A stretch of 64,000 bases of DNA from Octopus sinensis (lineage: Eukaryota), in assembly GCF_006345805.1 (NCBI RefSeq), contig NC_043001.1:78616001-78680000 (forward strand), in the 5' to 3' direction. The notes under the pieces are model-generated. The model did not search any database, had not been told where the DNA came from, and was given only the letters and a program-made list of their open reading frames with translations. Made by a program: the position numbers and the translations under genes. Shown here in pieces: positions 52,750-64,000 of the stretch (its first letter is position 1; each line of letters begins with the position of its first letter).

Positions 52750-53388
52750 GTGTGTGTGTGTGTGTGTGTGCGTGTATGTATGCATATATAAATACACTGA
52801 TACATACAGAAACTAGTTGAAAGCAAAGTATTTGGAAGAAAATACAGGGATAGAGAGCAAGGGTGAAACACCGAAAGATAGATGGGATGCAGTGAGTGAG
52901 AGAGGGAGAGAATGTGTGCATGTGTGTGTGTGCGCGTGCAGATGCGTACGTTACATGCGTGTGCGTGCGTGCGTGTGTGTGTGTTTGATTCGGGAAGTCA
53001 AAAACCAGATGTACCAGACTGAAAGTTTCTCATTATGTATGCAAATGACGTGACATATGCAGGTTGTTGCAAGCTACTCATTGGTTAATTGCAACCATGT
53101 GTCCATCTTGGAACATGTCATGTTAAAACTCAGCTTTAGATAAACCACCTTCCAAATTGACACACTCTTATGATCCTCTTATTCTATCTCTCTTTGCACA
53201 AGCACACACATACACGCAGAAACACACACACATACACACATAAAGAAACACAAAATCCACACTCATAGATGTATATATAAACACACATACAAACCTATAC
53301 AAAGCGAGGTCTTTCATATACACGCATAATCACACATGAGTGAAGGCAATCTGTCAAAATGAAACAACAAGAAACCTTTTCAATTCAG

Positions 53389-53548
53389 ACTGCCCTCTTG
53401 CTGTGTTAGATCCCAAGCATACCCCCATTTGCAATTGCCATACACATCCCTGACCGTTCCGATACATGCACGCCATGTCTGAGTCACAAGTGATGGCTGA
53501 AATGGAAGGAAACTGGGTTTGGTCGGTGCAAGACGGAACAAGATTTAG
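53389..53548 (+). other. Candidate exon, possibly a C-type lectin-like remnant
   Basis: Acceptor ttttcaattcAG, donor TAG|GTGTGT; frame MHAMSESQVMAEMEGNWVWSVQDGTRF. Confidence 0.25.
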
Positions 53549-54104
53549 GTGTGTGGTGTACGGAGTATGATGTGCGAAGCGATTCATTCTACCTCTCTCG
53601 ACTCCTCCACTAAAAATAAATGGTTTAAGATTTGATGCTTGTCAGCCTTTATATACTTTTCTTCTGTGTATGTGTATGTGAATATGCGCTTGTGTGTGTG
53701 TAAGTGTGTGTGTAGTAAAATGCAGAATAATATTTCTATGTATACAAGCATATAAATACAAAAATGATTTAATACATGCATAAATGAACACATGTATAAA
53801 TTGATGTATATATAAATGACTTCGTCTATGCATATATAAAAGCAGATATATATTAAATATATATGTATGTATATAAATGATTGTGTATGTGTATGTATAC
53901 ACACACACACACACACACACACATATTGGTGTGGTTATGTATATACACACATATGCATACATGAGTGTATATAAACATATATATATATATATTTATATAT
54001 ATGTATGTATGCATGTTTATGTACATATATATCCATGTATATGAAAATGTATATGTCTATATGTATACGTGTTATATATATCTATAGGTATTATATATAT
54101 GTAT

Positions 54105-54136
<32 letters not shown>

Positions 54137-54670
54137 ATGTATGTATATATAAGTATGTATGTTTATATATATGTATGTATATATAAGTATGTATGTTTAT
54201 ATATATGTATATATATATATATATGTATGTATATATAAACATGCATATTTAAAGGCGTATATGTACATGTACTAGTCATGGCTGTTAACGCATCATGCTC
54301 AATACCCCTCAAAAGTAGCACCAGCGTCGGCGACGGCAACAGTTGCGACCGCAGCAGCAGCAGCAGTAGGAGGATTAGCTGCGGCACCAGCAGCAGCAAT
54401 CAACACCATCGTGATATGGGTAATTGGAGAAGGAGGTATTTCTGAAGTGATGCTGATGAAGTTGCTGATAATGGCATTTGTGTGTGGACAGTCGAATGAT
54501 TATATTGATAGCGTGATGGGTGACCTTTAATCATTGAACAATCTATAATTTATTGAAGCTGATTTTCTTTTTAAATGAAAATATGCTGAAAAATTGAAAC
54601 TTTTAAATTAATACTAAATAGAAAAACGTATTACGTTGGAACATTAGAATAAAGAATATAAAAAAATAAT

Positions 54671-54739
<69 letters not shown>

Positions 54740-55195
54740 CTTAAATATGTATATATATGTATATATACACACAAACATATATATGCGTATATATATGTGT
54801 GTGTATATATATATGCTTATATATACACACACACATATATATATAACATATATATATGCATATATACACATATATACATAAAATATATACACAGAACACA
54901 CTATCTCTCTCTCTATGAATCTTTCTCTCTCCCTCCCTCTCTCTCCCCTCTCTCTCTCTATATATATGTGTATATATATATACATCAAACGATTAAACTG
55001 GAAAATCAGCGTGCATGTAATAATATTGTATTTCAATAAATAATACATATATTCATACATACATATATACATACATATATGTGTGTTTAAATATATATAT
55101 TTATATATATATATATACATACACACACACACACTTATATATATATATATATGTATATATATGTATGTATGTATATATAAGTATGTATGTTTATA

Positions 55196-55233
<38 letters not shown>

Positions 55234-55887
55234 TACATACGTACTTACTAATGCATGAAGCAGTGTATGTGGGTATGTGTATGTCTGCATAGGCATCTGT
55301 GCCTCTCTCTCCCCCCTGTCTCTATATATACGCCTGTTGTTGTTTTTCTTGTTATTGCTTCTGGCTGTTGGTTTCTTGCAACTGTACTAATGCATTAAAC
55401 AGTGTTACAACTTTTAATGATTGTTTAGTTCGATATTATAACTCAAGAGATTACATATGGTTACAGATTAAAAAAAAATTGCGGCAAATTTAATTTGTGA
55501 CTATTAATACGTAACATGGACTATTGTTTAGATTTCCAACATATTTTAGTCTAGTTGTATAGTACAAAGTCATCGTCGGCTCATATATCAAAGCGAATGA
55601 CTTACAGCGTATCTTCTCTGACTATCAATAATACACAAATAACACTCTTAAAATAGCTATAAAATTTATACCTCAAAATCTCTAACGTACCCTAATGGAG
55701 ACATAAGCAATACATATGTGTGTGTCTGTGTGTCTGTGTGTGTTTGTGCGTGTGCTTCTCATCTCTTCCTATCTCTCTATCTCTCTCTATAAATACATAC
55801 ATATATATATATATATATATAATATATATAAATGGCGGTGCCCCAGCATGGCCACAGCTCATGAGCTGAAACTAGAATCAATCAATC

Positions 55888-55929
<42 letters not shown>

Positions 55930-55935
<6 letters not shown>

Positions 55936-56350
55936 AGGGAGAGTTTACGAAAATAAACAAAAGACGAAGACAGGTGGAGTACAAACAAACAAATTTATTA
56001 GTATAGCGCTCAGGAATAGAAAATGTCTTTTACGTTTCGAGTCTACGCTCTTCGACAGAAAGATATACAGACAAAAAACAAGGAGAGAAACAAGGAGAGA
56101 AAAAAATTGCGTGTAGGAGTTAACGATCTATCATGGCGTCCTAACTTCGGGCAGTGATTAGATGCGAGAGGGTAGTAGAGGAGATAACAGGGTCCAGTGA
56201 TTTCCAATATGAAGGTGCCGCCAACACAAAGGTGCGTGTGTGTGTAAGAGAGTATGTATGCGCGTGTGAAAGAGGGCTGGTGGTCTGGACGTGTGTGTAT
56301 ATGTATGTGTGGGTGTGGAGATGTGGGGATGGGTGTGTGTGTGGTGTGCT
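55930..56350 (-). mobile_element. PLE family 1 terminal repeat plus part of the 3' trailer, hammerhead-like motif at 56026-56063
   Basis: The minus strand reads tcttt-CTGTCGA-a-gagcgtagactc-GAAACGT-A-aaaga; the flank resembles 58490-58640. Confidence 0.75.
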
Positions 56351-56366
56351 ATGTATATATATGTGG

Positions 56367-56657
56367 AGGCGCAATGGCCCAATGGTTAGGGCAGCGACCT
56401 CGCGGTCGCAGGATCGCCGTTTCGATTCCCAGACCGGTCGTTGTGAGTGTTTATTGAGCGAAAACACCTAAAAGATTCACGACGCTCCAGCAGGGGGTGG
56501 TGATCCCTGCTGTACTCTTTCACCACTCTTTCTTCTGTTGGCCTGCTCGCTTAGCCAGCGGGGTGGCGTCATTCGAAGGCTAAAACAATGCGAACGCATT
56601 GTGACCAGCGATGTGTAACAACATCTGATGGTCTGGTCGGTCACGTGATCACGTGAT
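56367..56657 (+). mobile_element. tRNA-headed SINE, family B-like
   Basis: tggcccaatggttaggg..gtttcgattccc..gtgtttattgagcgaaaacacctaaa; tail ends tcacgtgatcacgtga. Confidence 0.8.
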
Positions 56658-56982
56658 ATATATATATATATATAAAATAAAGCGTTGTAGTTCGCTTGAA
56701 GCATCGGAGTACCGATGCAGGAAAAGAAAACGGAAAATCAGACGAAGGATAAAGTTTTAAAAATACCTTTATATTTCAGGATTAATGGCCCCTCTTCAAA
56801 GGGAAACATTCTAGAAATTGTCCAGTTAACACCAACTCCGTTCTCTTACTCTAACTCTTTGCTGGACAAATGTAACTGGATGTTTCCTGGACTGTTTCCT
56901 TGTGAGTATGGGCACATGTAAAGTGTGCGTAACACCTTTTGTATTTTCTCTTTTCTATTCCATATATATATATATGTATATA

Positions 56983-57054
<72 letters not shown>

Positions 57055-57359
57055 TATCAGTAAATATATATGTGACAATTTTTCGGTAGCCATGATAAAA
57101 CACCGAGTTTTGGAAGCCGAGGTGGAAAACCACGCCGCCATTTCTTAAGTTATCCGGCCATCGGAAAAATGCTATGAGAAATGACCGTTATACAAAGGGA
57201 AAGTACTGTGTGATTGACCGTTATTAAGACAAAAGAGCTATTCGAATAACCGCTAAGACATGGGAGGGAGTAAAGTAAGGTGGTAAAAGGTTCATAGTAT
57301 TTGCGTAATATATATAGATATAGATATATATAGATATAGATATATATACATGTACATAT

Positions 57360-57402
<43 letters not shown>

Positions 57403-57422
57403 ATATATGTATACATAGATAA

Positions 57423-57466
<44 letters not shown>

Positions 57467-58334
57467 ATATATATACATACAGACATATATACATATATGT
57501 GTATATATATATATATGTATATATATATGTGTATATATGTATATGTATATGTTTGGATGTCTACTTAAGCTTACATGTTATTTATAATTTTACATGTGAC
57601 CCACACAAAGTTATCAGCAAATTATGATGTTTGATGCTTAGAAAGTAACGATGACATCTATGTAGTTGAATGTAAAATCTAAGCACGCAAGCACATGCAC
57701 ACACATACACATACATACACAGAAACACATTCGCACAAACATATATACACACTCACGCACACTCATGCACATGGACGCAAAATGAACAGAGACACAGACA
57801 CATACATATATACATATACGCGTGCACACTTAATTGAAGTGACGCGTATTCAGGTGTGTGCACGTGCACGTGCCTTTCAGTGGTTACTTCTGTGTAAGAG
57901 GTGGTTATAGATGCATCTAAACTTTTCACAAGTTGAACAGCATGATAATATTGTTATCATGAGACTTTCAAATGGACCATAAATCAGATTCAACTGTTAA
58001 GGGCCCTAAAAGAATTTCAACACCAACGTAGGCTTCAAGGTGCCTGAACGATCCTTTTAAATGCAGGAGAATAAAGGATATTACCATCCCATTGAAGTGT
58101 TGAAATAGTCGTAGAGTCGTAGCATTTATAATCGTATTAAACAATATTTTCAATCCACTTAGGATTGCCTCTTCTGTTTATTTCATATTTACGGAAATTT
58201 CAATGCATACTTGCATAGATACATAAATGAATACCTCCATATATACATACATATACGCTAATAGCTTGCATAAATAGTTACATGCATACAAACATATAGG
58301 AAGAATACACAACAATACAAAATACGAAAATATG

Positions 58335-59630
58335 TGATGTAGACAACAAACAGATCGGGAAGTGAAGAAGACTTTAACATTACGAGCCTACGCTCTTCCA
58401 CGGAAAGGAACACAGAAAGAAACAAGGAGAGAAAATAAAGAATGTGTAGTGGCTAGCGATCTATCATGGCGAATACCGGACAGAGGGGTCACATAGGAGA
58501 GCTAGGACGAAGGGGAGATAATAAAGAACGAAGGTGCGCGTGCGCGGGTATAAGAGAGCATGAATGTGCGTGTGGAAGAGGGCTGGTGACATTGACGTGT
58601 GCGTGTGTGTATGTGTAGTTGAGTGGATGATGTGTGGGGCTGGGAAGTGGTCAGTACTAGTGTGTGCGTGGGGGTGTGATGTGATGTGGTGATGTGGTGT
58701 TGTGTGGTATGGTGGTGTGTGGTTTGAGAGGAGGTGTTGGGATGTGGGGGAGGCAAGAGTAGGGAAAGCAAGGATGGGGTGTGGGTTAGGCTGAGGAATC
58801 GGGGTAGAGGTGGGGCATGTGGGTCTAAGGGATGGGGTGGGATGGAATGGTATGGATAGTGAAGGAGGGTGGATCGTGTAGAGGTGGGATTACGATGAAG
58901 ATTTAACGATGAAGGGAGAGGAACAAGGGAGAAGATGAGTAGGAGAGAAGAGAAGAGAGGAGAGTAGGAGGGAAGAGAAGAATTAGGAGTCGGAGCAAGA
59001 GAGAAGAGGTGAGTGGGCGGAAGTAGGTGTGACATGGAGATAGGAGAGGGTAGGAGGGTTAGATGAAGAGGGGAGGAGAGTTGAACCCATGTGGCGCTAA
59101 GGAGTGAAGAGACAAGATTAATCCCTGTTCGCGGCAAAAACGGGAGACGGAATGGCCCCTGTGCAAGGACAATCCGAATACGGACAGGTGTTGCAAAGAA
59201 TGACCGGTGGAGCGGAAACGGTTCGAGACCAGGGTGCTATTGCCGAGTCGGATGACTTGGAGGTGTTCCGCGAACCGGTCAGCCAATCGGCGTCCCACTT
59301 GCCCGATGTTTAGAGAAGGGCAGAGAGCACAAGAGATGCAGTAGATGACATTGGTAGAAATGCAGGTGAAGGAGTCGGTGATATGGTAGGGTCGATGATG
59401 GGTGCAGGTGAGGTGGGTGGTGTTGGAGAGGTAATGGCAAGTGCGACAGCGTGGGCAGGAGAACGAGCCGGGTTGGGAGGTTGGGTTAGGGAAGAAACTG
59501 TGGACTAAGAGGTCACGTAGGGCTCGTTTGAAGGAGGGAGGGGTCGGTTAGGGAAGATGGTCGAAGTGGATGGTTCGGACTGGAGTCGCCGGAAGGCTTG
59601 GAGAATGGTGCGTTTGAGAGGTAGAATGCT
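58335..59630 (-). mobile_element. 5'-truncated Penelope-like element, family 1 (GIY-YIG end, trailer and terminal repeat)
   Basis: The minus strand reads FTCISTNVIYCISCALCPSLNIGQVGRRLADRFAEHL...HGFN (includes ORF 59059-59298); terminal repeat at 58335-58470 is homologous to 44520. Confidence 0.9.
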
Positions 59631-59868
59631 AATAAACTCATAGCTGGAATTCCTAGCAGTTGCTGTAAATTCGGGTCAGAGTAGACCTGGAAAAACTAGT
59701 GGATAAGAAGTGGTTCCCACTCCTCAAAACCTTGGAACGCCGTACCAATGCCCTACTATTAGAAGTAGTGTAAAACCATATCCAGGACATACGTACAGGC
59801 AGATATACATACAGACGTATATATACTTACGTAATTTGATTAGATAGCTAAATAGATAAATAGATAGG

Positions 59869-59916
<48 letters not shown>

Positions 59917-59930
59917 TCGATCAATCGATC

Positions 59931-59984
<54 letters not shown>

Positions 59985-59986
<2 letters not shown>

Positions 59987-60131
59987 CTCAACTGGCACAT
60001 ATTTTATCCACCCTGAAAGGATGAAAGGTAAAGTCAACCTCGGCTGAATTTGAAGTCAGAAAGCAAAAACGGACGAAATACTGCAAACCATTTTGTTCGG
60101 CGTGCTAACACTTCTGCCAGTTCACCGCCTT
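59985..60131 (-). mobile_element. SINE family C with a (GACA)n(GATA)n array at its 3' side (59870-59985)
   Basis: gaaaggatgaaaggtaaagtcaacctcgg. Confidence 0.75.
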
Positions 60132-60188
60132 AATTCTGTATAATGCATAAAATTCAATTTTACAAGTAACAGGTATTTGGCATGGCCA

Positions 60189-61097
60189 TATGAGATGGTA
60201 TCAACAAGTACACAGACTAGTTCTGTAGTGCGCCAACAGATGGCAGCACACGGTTGTGTATGTAGTGAGAGCTAGAAGTGACCTTCATGAAGCAGTGTGC
60301 CCAGTGATATCGCTTTGTTTACTGCACAAGTTCTGAAATTGGTGCTTTTGCGATCACGTGAATGTTGTAGCCTGCGACTGTGTGATGGGAAGGAACAAAG
60401 AGGCAACATGAATATTTTCGTTAAACTTGAGAAGTCTGCTATAGAGACATTCAGAATGCTTCGTCAAGCTTACGGAGACGAGGTAATAGCTCCTACGCAA
60501 TATATCGAGTGGTACTGTTGCTTCAAAAGCGAAAGTAAGTCCCTGGAAGATGATGAGCGATATGGAAGACCTACCACCTCCAGGAAATGTGATATTGCAT
60601 ATCAAGAACATATTCTAGGGTCAGACCGTGAATCGAGAGTTCTACAGCGACGTTTTGAAGCGTTTGAGTGAGAACTTTCGCCGAAAGCAACCGAATCTGT
60701 GGAGCGCAAAGAATTCAATTCTTCACGATGACAATGCACCCTATGACAGAGCCCTACTTATTCGTGGGTTTCTCGCTCAAAACAACATAGTATCGCTTTT
60801 ATACCCGTCTTGTTCCCCAAGTTTAGTACCTTCAGACCTACATCTCTTTCCCAAGTTGAAATACAGCTCAAAGATCGTCGTTTTCACACCGTTATGAGAT
60901 CCAGAGCGAATGGCAGAATGTCCTTGACTAGCTTAAGGTCAATGAATTCTAGGCAGGATTCTAGAAGTGGCAGGCTACTGGTAGCGGTGTATTACTGTGC
61001 AAGATGTCTATTTCGAAGATGATGCTAAAACTTAGGTTAATAATTTTTTTTTTTTATTAAACATAACTTGTCCTGGAACGTTTGATACCATCTCGTA
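60189..61097 (+). mobile_element. Internally deleted mariner transposon relic with TIRs
   Basis: TIRs ta(t/c)gagatggtatcaa with TA at 60189 and 61096; fragments FVKLEKSAIETFRMLRQAYGD, SLEDDERYGRP, ILHDDNAP and SPSLVPSDLHLFPKLK. Confidence 0.9.
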
Positions 61098-61332
61098 CAC
61101 TTATATAACCATCATCGATTAAAAAACCTTCGATTAAAAACCTTCACTGGGAAAGATCCACGTAAAACCAGTCGAAAAATCAGAAGATGCAGATATAAAA
61201 TATGCTCCTCGTTTCGCGTTCGTAACCAGACCCATCCATTTCGCGACCGTATTGTAACTTGCGATGAAAAGTGAATTCTGGACAATAAGAAAAAATCGTT
61301 TTTCGCAGTGATTATTATGGTTATTATTATTA

Positions 61333-61370
<38 letters not shown>

Positions 61371-61383
61371 TATTATTATTATA

Positions 61384-61465
<82 letters not shown>

Positions 61466-61477
61466 TATTATTATTAA

Positions 61478-61509
<32 letters not shown>

Positions 61510-61528
61510 TATTATTATTATATTATTA

Positions 61529-61559
<31 letters not shown>

Positions 61560-61574
61560 TTGTGTATGTTATCA

Positions 61575-61890
61575 CAATGACGCTGGAATAAATTATACGT
61601 AGCCCAGTATACACATCATGACTCCCCGTCTGATAGCGGTACACGAAGCACATGCATCAAAACCACATGTGCGCGACATGGTGATCATATACCAAGAAAA
61701 ACAGCGCATGAGCTAGCAGGTGGGGGCCCAGTTAGAATTTTCTTAAGGGAGAGTAGCCCATCCCGCTCAAAAGGTCCCTCAATACGGGTTGCTTAAGGAT
61801 ATTGAACGAAATACCCATGTTTCCAGAGGGGAATTATTCAAACCCTAAAGAATACCTCTCAGCACTTGGCTCTGATGGTCCCTCACTACT
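61575..61890 (+). mobile_element. Dispersed repeat (SINE or LINE 3' end), copy 1
   Basis: Aligns with 62215-62535 (atgtgcgcgacatggtgatc, cccgctcaaaaggtccct). Confidence 0.65.
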
Positions 61891-62117
61891 TCTGCTTGTC
61901 ATCATAGATGCTCATATCGTCAGCCACCAAGAAACATTTTCAACTGGTTATGGTCAAACAACTGACAAGCAAATCTGTGGTATTGAGCAGAATATTTGCT
62001 GTAGAACATTTTTTATACCAAGACAAATCTTGTACATGATAACACCTCTAATCAGTTAAGATTAGAAACGAGAGCCAAATCTCTTCTTCTTCTTCTTCTC
62101 TTCTTCTTCTTCTTCTT

Positions 62118-62179
<62 letters not shown>

Positions 62180-62194
62180 TACTATTATTATTAT

Positions 62195-62532
62195 TGAGTG
62201 AGAGAGCAGTGCATGCCATCAAAGTGATACTGGGGTAAAATATACGAAGCCCAGTATACCCATCATGACCACCCGTCTGATAAGGGTACACTAGGCACAT
62301 GCATCACAACCATATGTGCGCGACATGGTGATCTCATATCAAGATAAACAGCACATGACCTTGCAGGTGGGGCACAGTTAGAATTTTCTTTTGGTCGAGT
62401 AGCCTATCCCGCTCAAAAGGTCCCTGAATAAGGGTCGTTTAAGGATGTTGAATGAAACACCCCTGTTTCCAAAGGTGAATTATTCAAACCCCAAAGAATC
62501 CCTCTCAACACATGGCTATGATGCTCCCCCAC

Positions 62533-62535
<3 letters not shown>
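62195..62535 (+). mobile_element. Dispersed repeat (SINE or LINE 3' end), copy 2, with (TAT/TAC)n tail
   Basis: Homologous to 61575-61890; followed by a trinucleotide tail to 62705. Confidence 0.65.
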
Positions 62536-62566
<31 letters not shown>

Positions 62567-62575
62567 TACTACTAT

Positions 62576-62655
<80 letters not shown>

Positions 62656-62719
62656 TTATTATTGTTATTATTATTATTATATTATTATTATTATTATCAT
62701 CATCATTTTCTCTTTATCA

Positions 62720-63400
62720 CAGGTTTTGTTGGTGCTCCTGGAGTCTTGCAGCGGAGCGGGCTTACTTCCTGCAGCCTATGGTACTATGCTGTTCGTTCTT
62801 TTCAGTTACCTAATACTTTCCTGATTATTCTGACCGTGCCAAGGAGGCAAATCTTTTGTAACAGTCCTAGTAGGCACTATATTCCAATTTACTTTATATT
62901 CCTGTGGATGCCTTCTGATACTGTTCCCAATAACCCCAAAATAATTGACACTATATTTTCCTTCTTCATTTTCCTTGAAGACGATCGTATCTATCTTTCC
63001 TTTCGCCCTCCTTCTGGATTATTCGTGGGTCAAAGGGACATGCACCATCAACTACATAGCATATGTGGTGCACCTTGTCCACCACCACCAATAGGCGCAG
63101 TCTGTTATGCTCTAGCACCTTATCTCCAACTCTGCCGGTCTCTAGGTTCTGTGCTCATGGTACATCTTGTCTCTCTCGAGCCCCCACTTTTCGCATAGTT
63201 TCCCATGTAGCTCTTTCACTGCCTGTTCGTGTCGCCACAACTTGTAGTGGTTTGGGGCATGTCTAGGGCATTCGTTCATGATATGATATGGGCAATGGTT
63301 TCATCCACTCTGTTGCAGATGCAGCACAGTGGATACATTTGCTCATTCTTCAGGTTGACCATCCAGCTCGTGGTCAGAGCTTGTTCCTAACCTGCTAGTA
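62720..63400 (-). mobile_element. R4/Dong/NeSL-type non-LTR retrotransposon 3' relic
   Basis: Zinc knuckle EQAL..LCCICNRVDETIAHI/MNECP..YKLWRHE..LHGKLC and restriction-like endonuclease end IVSIILGLLGTV..LQKICLLGTVRIIRKVL, with stops and frameshifts. Confidence 0.8.
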
Positions 63401-63584
63401 TAGCGCTCTCGGTCTTTTATTATTATTTTTTTTTTGTGTTCTTTTCATCATCCAATCCCATCTATTTTTTCCAGCGACTTCTGTTGAGGCTACTTGGAAT
63501 TGATTGTGCAGTCCCGTCTTGCGTAATTCTTCTTCGCGTCCTTTTTGCACTTCCTCCTTTGTTTTTCCCTTTTTCTCTGCTCTC

Positions 63585-63642
<58 letters not shown>

Positions 63643-63644
63643 TA

Positions 63645-63740
63645 ATAATAACACCAGGACTTACAAATATATATAACTTACAGAAAATTGCACTACTTGG
63701 CACTGCACACATCCTACGCAAAACACTTTCAATACCTTTA
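63645..63740 (+). mobile_element. 3' tip of a second R4/Dong-type LINE
   Basis: ITPGLTNIYNLQKIALLGTAHILRKTLS. Confidence 0.7.
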
Positions 63741-63761
63741 ATACGGTCAAAATGCTTACGG

Positions 63762-63905
63762 ATATTTCACTCGTCTCTACGTTCTGAATTTAAACTCTAC
63801 CGAGGTCAACTTTGTCCGCTGTTCCTTAGGGTTCGATAAAATTAGCACCAGTTGGGCGCTATGGTCGACGAAATCGACCTGTCCCCTTTCCCCGATACTG
63901 CAAGC
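63762..63905 (+). mobile_element. SINE family C, degraded
   Basis: acgttctgaatttaaactctaccgaggtcaactttg. Confidence 0.65.
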
Positions 63906-64000
63906 CTTATGACATTATTATTATTACTGTTAATAGTAATAGTCGTATTAGCATTAGTGTAGAAGTAGCAGTAGCAGTACCAGCAGCAGTAGCTCTTGAT

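Noticed and set aside
54290-54530. Ala-rich frame VAPASATATVATAAAAAVGGL...
   Set aside because: Explained by a degenerate (GCA)n-type trinucleotide tract with no start or acceptor support.
56701-56718. GC hairpin gcatcgg-agta-ccgatgc as a terminator or Helitron 3' end
   Set aside because: No U-tract or CTRR at the expected distance; a 7-bp stem is expected by chance in 64 kb.

Overview
AT-rich, repeat-dominated eukaryotic genomic DNA. It is most likely Octopus (cephalopod); this comes from my recall of the three abundant tRNA-headed SINE families and from the microsatellite density, not from a database search. No intact protein-coding gene is recognisable, and almost all ORFs in the supplied track are microsatellite read-throughs. 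The window holds about 30 SINE copies, four mariner relics, two MITE-like foldbacks, R4/Dong-like LINE remnants, a 5S rRNA relic and a candidate bidirectional promoter at about 22.7 kb. Several exon-like segments are present but low confidence. The main unexplained structure is a set of Penelope-like element (PLE) relics with minimal hammerhead ribozyme (HHR) motifs and inverted-tail architecture. These include a tRNA-headed SINE whose tail appears to be a PLE-type HHR repeat (7910-8524), a 2.5-kb foldback PLE with an HHR at each outer end (49407-51942), and a family whose HHR consistently has U instead of the conserved A6. Repeat coordinates are read by eye and are approximate to within about 10-20 bp.
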